From Bacteroidia bacterium (GTDB lineage Bacteria > Bacteroidota > Bacteroidia > NS11-12g > UBA955), in the NCBI GenBank assembly GCA_040403495.1, contig JBBAKM010000005.1, forward strand, positions 23,677 to 87,676: a DNA stretch of 64,000 nucleotides, written 5' to 3'. Shown in pieces: positions 29,922 through 35,659 of the stretch; the stretch's first letter is position 1, and every line of letters starts with the position of its first letter. A program made the translations under genes and the position numbers. The notes beneath the pieces were generated by a model. That model was not told the DNA's origin, searched no databases, and saw only the letters and a program-made list of their open reading frames with translations.

Positions 29922-29978
29922 TCCCAAAAGGGCAACTTGTAGGCTTCCCCAAAAACTTTATACCAAGGGAAATCAGTT

Positions 29979-30479
29979 TTACAATTTTCTTTTTATCGTT
30001 TTTCTTATGTTCTTTTTATTTTTTTCATTAATATTAATATATAATAAAAACTCTTCACTATTAAAGTAAGCCTGATTTTTAAAGTCGGAAATAATTATAA
30101 AAAAATTATAAGTTATATTTTTTTTATTAAAAAAATAATTTTTAGATTTATAAATTTGATTTTTAGAAAGAATTACACTTGACAATGAATCAGATTCATC
30201 GGTAATGAAACAATGAAACTCATTGTTAAACAAATACATTCTTTTAGTATCTAAAACAATTTTATTTTCACTTATGTTTTTAATTTCAAATGATATTATA
30301 CTGGTATCGTTAGTTTTAAGATACAAATCAAAAAACTTTGTTTTAATTTTGATATCCTCATTTTTCTTGTAAAAATTTGCATTAGCAAAAAGGGTATCAA
30401 AATATATAATTTTTTGTGCCTTTACTCTTGAACTTAAAATAAAAACAAATAGTAATGTTATAATTTTATACTTTATCAT
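29979..30479 (-). CDS. Small secreted protein, candidate immunity partner of the upstream toxin-like ORF
   Basis: It has the signal peptide LLFVFILSSRVKAQ and starts 1 nt after the upstream stop. It is visibly more AT-rich than its neighbours, and I recognise no family. Confidence 0.45.
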   Translation of the reverse strand: MIKYKIITLLFVFILSSRVKAQKIIYFDTLFANANFYKKNEDIKIKTKFFDLYLKTNDTSIISFEIKNISENKIVLDTKRMYLFNNEFHCFITDESDSLSSVILSKNQIYKSKNYFFNKKNITYNFFIIISDFKNQAYFNSEEFLLYININEKNKKNIRKTIKRKL

Positions 30480-30480
30480 A

Positions 30481-30921
30481 TTATCCTGTCACACCTGTTC
30501 TTTTACTTTTATTTTTAAATTTATCTTCAGTTCTTATTGCTTTGTTTTGCGCCCTGTCTCTATTATGATCTTTGGCAAATCTTAAACCAAAGTATAAAAT
30601 TGATTCTCCATTACTTTTGTATATTGGAAAATTATTGTGTGTGCATTCATAATATTTCCATAGTTCAAGGGAAGCTGATCCTGCTATAAGTTTAGCGACT
30701 ATAGTTACTCCATCATCACCAAGCGTATACCAAGTTATGCTAGAACTTAAACAAAATTGACCATCAAATCCTTCTCGAGAGTTACCTATAGCAATACCAT
30801 CACCTTTTTCTTGGGTGTTAAAGCCATAGCGATACTTTATGGATGCTACATATGAGCGTGTATTCATTGCACTCCCAAAGGTAGATAACTTTTTCATCCT
30901 TATTTGAGCTTGCCTTTGCAT
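30481..30921 (-). CDS. Orphan polymorphic-toxin-like C-terminal cassette
   Basis: It is 146 aa with no signal peptide. The N-terminal AMNTRSYVASIKYRYGFNTQEKGD resembles the YD/Rhs-type junction repeat (Y-x-Y-G-F-N-x-x-E-K-x-D) that precedes variable toxin domains. The frame closes only 20 codons upstream of the ATG. Confidence 0.4.
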   Translation of the reverse strand: MQRQAQIRMKKLSTFGSAMNTRSYVASIKYRYGFNTQEKGDGIAIGNSREGFDGQFCLSSSITWYTLGDDGVTIVAKLIAGSASLELWKYYECTHNNFPIYKSNGESILYFGLRFAKDHNRDRAQNKAIRTEDKFKNKSKRTGVTG

Positions 30922-31036
30922 TTTGGTACTACAATTATATGGATTATTTGGGGAAATTGGATGGGGGATTTTGTTTAGATTTCATATCAAAAGTGCTGGA
31001 TAAGAAACAAGAGAAAAAAAACAATCGTTCTTGATA

Positions 31037-31218
31037 TGGTGGTTGGTCGCAGCCGCACATGGCTTTTCTTCAGGCCAACCAAGTGAAAACGCCAGAGGCG
31101 GTATGAAAAATCACTCGCAAGATGCGAGCGAGAACGGGACATGTATAGTGGTTGGTCGCTACAACACAAGGCTTGGCTTCAGACCAACCACAGGAAAATG
31201 CTACATACCAACCAAGTG
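31037..31218 (-). repeat. Repeat element R2 (H-S-H), inverted relative to R1
   Basis: One hairpin is 31040-31048/31073-31081. The other is GTGGTTGGTC (31148-31157)/GACCAACCAC (31182-31191). Both have 24-nt loops. Between them lies the reverse complement of S (31090-31138, TCACTCGCAAGATGCGAGCGAGAACGG). Confidence 0.8.
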
Positions 31219-31230
31219 AAAAAAAATATC

Positions 31231-31269
31231 AAAAAAAAATCCCGCTTTGAATAAAAGCGGGATTTTTTT
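31231..31269. terminator. Bidirectional terminator hairpin, perfect copy (T3)
   Basis: ATCCCGCTTT (31239-31248) pairs with AAAGCGGGAT (31254-31263), with an A9 run before and a T7 run after. It lies 19 nt beyond the stop of the minus-strand OMP gene. Confidence 0.7.
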
Positions 31270-31287
31270 ATTTAGGTAAAATTTCTC

Positions 31288-32184
31288 TTAAAAATAAAAA
31301 CTTAAATTAAGCGTCGATGATGTGTTGTCTAATCCCATCCCAGAGTATGAAAGTCCATTGTTTCTAGATGATTCTGTTACAATTTGTTCTGCCTTCAAAG
31401 TTTCAGGATTAAATCTTTCCTCCACATAAGTTGCTTTTTTGCTGTTGGTTTGAATCCCTAATGAATATCCAATTTCTCCTCCAATAGATACTTTTGGTGC
31501 AATAAAATATTCAACTCCTAAAAATCCTCTTATGCCAAATGCAAAACTGCTTCCATTTTTTGATTCAATAGGTCTAGAGATTGAATAGCCGTAATTGTAA
31601 GTGTTTGGTGCAGGAAAATCGATGTTCATTGGATTCCCATATTCATAAGATTGTGAGGAGCGAGCTAAACCGATTATTGCTTCTGCGCCATAAAACCCTT
31701 GAAGTCTAGTAGAACCTTTTCTTTTTTCAAAACCAAAACCAATGAGGAATTGAGATGATTTGTAAATGTTTTTATCATAAACAAATTCGGGTGTAAAAAA
31801 GTTAGGATTAGTTACGTCTTTTCTTACAGCATTTGTTTGGCTATAACGACTCGTGTTCGCCATTAAACGACCTCTGTAAAATAAATTTTGTTTTTTAACG
31901 TATTTCACGAAAATGTTATTGCCTCCCATATTATTAAAAATGGTGTTGTTGGGGGTATAGGTAGGATTAAAATATGGTGCATTGTTGTATGAATTATTAT
32001 TCATCATATTGCCAGCAAACTCAAGAAATGGATTAGCAGAAATGCCAAATGACCAATCTCCTGCCTGAGGAAGAACTTCAACGCCCTTTTTGTTTTTAAT
32101 GCTGTTCTCCACATGTTGCCCATTTGCATTTATTGCATACAGACCTATGACAAAACAACTTAAGGTATAAAATATTTTTTTCAT
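31288..32184 (-). CDS. Outer-membrane beta-barrel protein
   Basis: It has a signal peptide and Gly/Tyr/Asn-rich alternating strands. The C-terminal strand LNLSFYF ends in Phe. Confidence 0.65.
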   Translation of the reverse strand: MKKIFYTLSCFVIGLYAINANGQHVENSIKNKKGVEVLPQAGDWSFGISANPFLEFAGNMMNNNSYNNAPYFNPTYTPNNTIFNNMGGNNIFVKYVKKQNLFYRGRLMANTSRYSQTNAVRKDVTNPNFFTPEFVYDKNIYKSSQFLIGFGFEKRKGSTRLQGFYGAEAIIGLARSSQSYEYGNPMNIDFPAPNTYNYGYSISRPIESKNGSSFAFGIRGFLGVEYFIAPKVSIGGEIGYSLGIQTNSKKATYVEERFNPETLKAEQIVTESSRNNGLSYSGMGLDNTSSTLNLSFYF

Positions 32185-32217
32185 TGTATTAATTAATTAA
32201 GATTGTTGATAGTTAGC

Positions 32218-33105
32218 TTATTGAAAATCATAATTTCTGACAGCAATTTCACCTTTATTAACAGCAATATAAGAAGAGCCTCCTCCAAATAATGTATAAG
32301 TGTAATTGCTTGGGGTGCATCCCATCCCCGGATTGGTTTTTCTGTCTGCATTAAATTGAACTCCTCTGATGTAAAAACCTTTGCTATTGGAATAGGATTC
32401 ACATGAAAATTCATACTTGCCGTTAGCGTCTACATTTAATGTAACTTGTTTGTTTCTTCCCCAATCGTCATTCCATTCTACTAGTAATTTAGTGTTAGCT
32501 GGTGCTTGTGAATATTGAGCATCTCCAACTACACATAAATCATTTCTAAATCTAACATCACCTTTAATACTCATTATGCCAACTTCTGGAGTAAGGTTAC
32601 TTCTGTATTCAAAGTTTTGTGTGTAAGACTGGCCTTTAAATAAATTTAAATTGATAGAACTGCCTGTCGAATTGTAAAATGTTTTGGGAGAACTTACCCC
32701 TAATTCATTTTTTTGAGTCGCATTTACAATATAGGCTGTATATACTGTCGCATTTAATGGTTTTGAGCCAGCTTCCACTTCTACAGAATAGTTTCCTAAA
32801 GCGTCTGTCGTTGCAGAATAGGTTCTATACCCATTGGCAACATTGCCCCAATACCATACAGTATAATTGTTGATGAGGTCTTGATTGTTAATTACTACTG
32901 TTACTGTGACACCTTCCATTCCCTCACTCAATGTGCCATTATTTAAATCTAAGTCACCTGAAATATTTCCTTTAACTGTTACTTTCCCAAGTTCGGTTAC
33001 AGGTGTTGTGTTTTTTGTGTCACTGTCTTTTTCACAAGATGATAATGAAAATAAGACAGGTAGGGCAATAAATGCCATTACTGATTTTAAGATTTGTTGT
33101 TTCAT
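32218..33105 (-). CDS. Lipoprotein with Ig/carboxypeptidase-regulatory-like beta-sandwich repeats
   Basis: The lipobox is FSLSSC. Segments such as KVTVKGNISGD and GNYSVEVEAG resemble CarbopepD_reg-like folds. Confidence 0.5.
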   Translation of the reverse strand: MKQQILKSVMAFIALPVLFSLSSCEKDSDTKNTTPVTELGKVTVKGNISGDLDLNNGTLSEGMEGVTVTVVINNQDLINNYTVWYWGNVANGYRTYSATTDALGNYSVEVEAGSKPLNATVYTAYIVNATQKNELGVSSPKTFYNSTGSSINLNLFKGQSYTQNFEYRSNLTPEVGIMSIKGDVRFRNDLCVVGDAQYSQAPANTKLLVEWNDDWGRNKQVTLNVDANGKYEFSCESYSNSKGFYIRGVQFNADRKTNPGMGCTPSNYTYTLFGGGSSYIAVNKGEIAVRNYDFQ

Positions 33106-33248
33106 TTTTAAATTTTTAATTAATTGGTTAGTACAAAACTAATAGGCCAATAATTATTAATAAATGACGATTGTCACAAAATTGGTTATTTTAAGTCATT
33201 TGTGCTTTTTTAAAAAAATAGGATGAGCGTCATAAGTTTTTTAGGTTA

Positions 33249-33289
33249 CCTCTCATCTTGCGAGTTATTTATCATACCGCCTTTGGCGG
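33249..33289 (+). repeat. Repeat element R3 (S segment only)
   Basis: CCTCTCATCTTGCGAGTTATTTATCATACCGCCTTTGGCGG aligns closely with the reverse complement of 31090-31130. Confidence 0.65.
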
Positions 33290-33381
33290 ATGTAAAAATG
33301 AAAATTCAGCTATATGAAATTCTTTTTCAAAATAAAATCTTATCATTATAAAACAAGTCCTTACTAAATTTCAACCGAAGG

Positions 33382-33498
33382 GAAAATACAACGTTAAGAC
33401 AAGCCGCTATCGACCTAGGTTTGCTAACAAATGAACAGTTTGATGAATGGGTAAAACCTGAAAATAAGATAGGTAATCCTGATGAAGTAATTTCATAA
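33382..33498 (+). pseudogene. Displaced duplicate of the last 38 codons plus stop of fumC
   Basis: It translates to [38 protein letters not shown], against fum[40 protein letters not shown] counted 8 substitutions in 117 nt. There is no upstream coding continuation. Confidence 0.9.
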
Positions 33499-33502
33499 TT
33501 CT

Positions 33503-33542
33503 AAAAAAAAATCCCGCTTTGAATAAAAGCGGGATTTTTTTT
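33503..33542. terminator. Bidirectional terminator hairpin, perfect copy (T2)
   Basis: ATCCCGCTTT (33511-33520) pairs with AAAGCGGGAT (33526-33535), flanked by A and T runs. Confidence 0.7.
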
Positions 33543-33626
33543 GATTCACTATTGTTTTGAAATTTGTTTACCGTTTTTTGGGGGTAGATAAACGCAATAC
33601 GTTTCGTATTTACAGTTTTTATCAAT

Positions 33627-34340
33627 CTAAGGCATTATATATTGTCCAAATTTGATCAACCACAAATAATATCCAAGTATTCCACCTGAAAGGCCTGAAA
33701 GTAAAAAAGTCAGTACTTTAGTCTTTGGCAATAAACGTAAAATATGAATAAGAATGCCCAAACCAATCAACCCTGTGATGATTTGAATAGACCAAATATT
33801 GATGTCTAAATGACGAGCAAGAACCATTTCGTCTCCACTAATATAAGTTTGACCATTTCTGAAAAATGATATTACTGCCACAAATAGATTAGCAACTTGC
33901 CTTAACCAAAATAATGAGATAAATATAAGAGTCCAACCAATCAAAGAAACTTTATCAGAGGTGATGTGCTTTTTTCTATATACAAGTAAAAGAAAAAAAC
34001 CAATAGTGCCTGTTAGTGTTGTTTGAAGTGGACCTCCAAGTGTTATCCAGAAATTATCTGCATGATATTTTTGTGCTGTTTTAAGATATTTTGATTTGCC
34101 AGGAAAGTCTAGTTTGTTTTTAAGTTCGTATGAATAGTTTTCATAAGTGTTACTTAAGTATTCAATTAAATCATTGTCCCAGTGTGACGAACTTTGATAA
34201 TTAATACTTGCTTCATATCCTAATAGTTTTGAAACAGAATAATGTCCTAGTTCGTGAGTTAATGTCCCAACAACAGTCATAAGAATGAATGTTAATATTA
34301 GGTAAATGGAAAGTTTGTAATCAAATTTTAAGTATTTCAT
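33627..34340 (-). CDS. Multi-pass membrane protein with an intramembrane HExxH motif (M50/S2P-like or DUF3267-like metalloprotease)
   Basis: HELGH lies within the first TM helix (VVGTLTHELGHYSV). There are about 5 further TM helices. Confidence 0.5.
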   Translation of the reverse strand: MKYLKFDYKLSIYLILTFILMTVVGTLTHELGHYSVSKLLGYEASINYQSSSHWDNDLIEYLSNTYENYSYELKNKLDFPGKSKYLKTAQKYHADNFWITLGGPLQTTLTGTIGFFLLLVYRKKHITSDKVSLIGWTLIFISLFWLRQVANLFVAVISFFRNGQTYISGDEMVLARHLDINIWSIQIITGLIGLGILIHILRLLPKTKVLTFLLSGLSGGILGYYLWLIKFGQYIMP

Positions 34341-34553
34341 GTTGTTGTTTTGGTTAATCTAATAGTTTGGGTCTAAGTTTTTGGGCGGTACAGAGGCTTC
34401 GGGATTTTAGTATCTCGGATCAGGTGAGATACGACTGCAACGAACTAGAATAGGAGCATAATTCCTGAATTTTATGAGTCTATTTTTTTTCGTCAGTTCG
34501 GCCGACACAGAACCCTTGAAATGCAACGTATTTAATGGTTTTTCATTTTGTTT

Positions 34554-35417
34554 TTATTGTATTTTTCTTCCTTTGAAACTGAATTTTGTAATTTTAACTT
34601 CTGAATTTTGTGTTATTGTTGAATAATAATACTCTGCATTTACATGATTTATTTTATTTAAATTTAAGTAACCATTATAAATTTCAATCCCCTTGTCATT
34701 AAACATCATCCAATTTCCACTAAATATTTGTCCAGTAAAAATGAAATCATGACTAGCGATTGTATCTCCATCATTTAAAAAATTTACTAAGGTAATATGA
34801 CCAGAGTTTGTATCCTTTTCTTTTATATCTATTTTAAAGTAACCATTTGGGTAAATGCCAACATAATACTTATATGTATGCCATGGCAGTATTTCAACAA
34901 TGCTACTGTCTTTCGAACCAGTAAATAAAACTTTAAATTTACCAATAATTGGAAGTTTTGGTATCGGCATCATATACCAACGCTTCAACACAGTGTCTAT
35001 TCCATCATCATTTTTAATACAAGTCTGCTTCGCTCTAAATCCAATCATTTGACATTGGTAAAACCCTTCAGGTACATTACTGAAAATTCGAACAAAACTT
35101 TTACTTATTATTGTTTCTGAACCTAACTTCCATATGACTGAATCATAAATACTATGAGCTGTAAATTTAAATCTTTCTTTATTTACAAAAACACTATCCT
35201 TATCATGAACATAATTTTTTATCCCTAAAAAATACTCTTCTGTTCCCCATTGGCTTCCAAATGTAAAACCAAAATTGGCAGTTTTTTTCCCATAGCAAGG
35301 ATCATAGTTCTCGCACTTTGGGTTGCTAGGGTCTTGACAAGGTGGGCAATCCTTTTTACAACTGTTAAAAAATAACATAACAAACAAGGCTAGGGTTATT
35401 TTAATTATTTTAAGCAT
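34554..35417 (-). CDS. Cys-rich lipoprotein, paralogue 1
   Basis: The N-terminus is MLKIIKITLALFVMLFFNSC, followed by KKDCPPCQDPSNPKCENYDPCYGKK. The first ~45 aa are nearly identical to those of the gene at 38334-39200. Confidence 0.7.
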   Translation of the reverse strand: MLKIIKITLALFVMLFFNSCKKDCPPCQDPSNPKCENYDPCYGKKTANFGFTFGSQWGTEEYFLGIKNYVHDKDSVFVNKERFKFTAHSIYDSVIWKLGSETIISKSFVRIFSNVPEGFYQCQMIGFRAKQTCIKNDDGIDTVLKRWYMMPIPKLPIIGKFKVLFTGSKDSSIVEILPWHTYKYYVGIYPNGYFKIDIKEKDTNSGHITLVNFLNDGDTIASHDFIFTGQIFSGNWMMFNDKGIEIYNGYLNLNKINHVNAEYYYSTITQNSEVKITKFSFKGRKIQ

Positions 35418-35518
35418 ATCGGTATTAGTATTTGAGGTTTTATTAAAGCACAGTCTTTTTTACATGCATATAGGCTAAGTATTAAAAAAAGTGCCGTTAG
35501 TTTTAATGAATTTTTCAT
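35405..35518 (-). CDS. Conserved 37-codon small ORF (lipoprotein-signal-like) overlapping the start of paralogue 1
   Basis: It encodes MKNSLKLTALFLILSLYACKKDCALIKPQILIPICLK*. Its stop overlaps the downstream ATG (ATGCTTAAAATAA, 13-nt overlap). The paralogous copy at 39188-39301 differs mainly by synonymous changes. Confidence 0.5.
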   Translation of the reverse strand: MKNSLKLTALFLILSLYACKKDCALIKPQILIPICLK

Positions 35519-35592
35519 AATTTCACTTGTTACGAGTTGTATTTATTTTGATATTCATTGCTATGTCTCTAAATGCAGCAAACTATCAAATA

Positions 35593-35626
35593 CAGCACAA
35601 ACGCCCTACTACGGGCGTTTGTGCTG
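35593..35626 (-). terminator. Strong hairpin terminator after the T9SS cargo gene
   Basis: A 14-bp perfect stem CAGCACAAACGCCC/GGGCGTTTGTGCTG with a 6-nt loop lies 34 nt beyond the stop at 35660. Confidence 0.65.
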
Positions 35627-35659
35627 AAAGGTGAAGACTCGTTATATTTAGCATTATTA

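Noticed and set aside
29697-29927. Short ORFs spanning the repeat and terminator DNA: 29697-29927, 30987-31169, 31031-31219 and 33407-33625.
   Set aside because: They run through terminator hairpins, the R repeat elements or the fumC fragment on the wrong strand. Their similarity to each other is explained by the DNA repeats, not by coding.
29878-31191. Interpreting the GTGGTTGGTC...GACCAACCAC hairpins as integron attC sites (a CALIN-like array).
   Set aside because: The hairpins are only ~44 nt. The cores approximate but do not satisfy RYYYAAC/GTTRRRY. The cassette orientation and the alternating repeat orientation are atypical, and no intI is present. The idea is kept only as a test to run.
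34400-34430. A possible TPP-riboswitch-like stretch on the minus strand (CACCTGATCCGAGATAC).
   Set aside because: The conserved CTGAGA element and the rest of the TPP aptamer architecture are not present, and the downstream gene is unrelated to thiamine.
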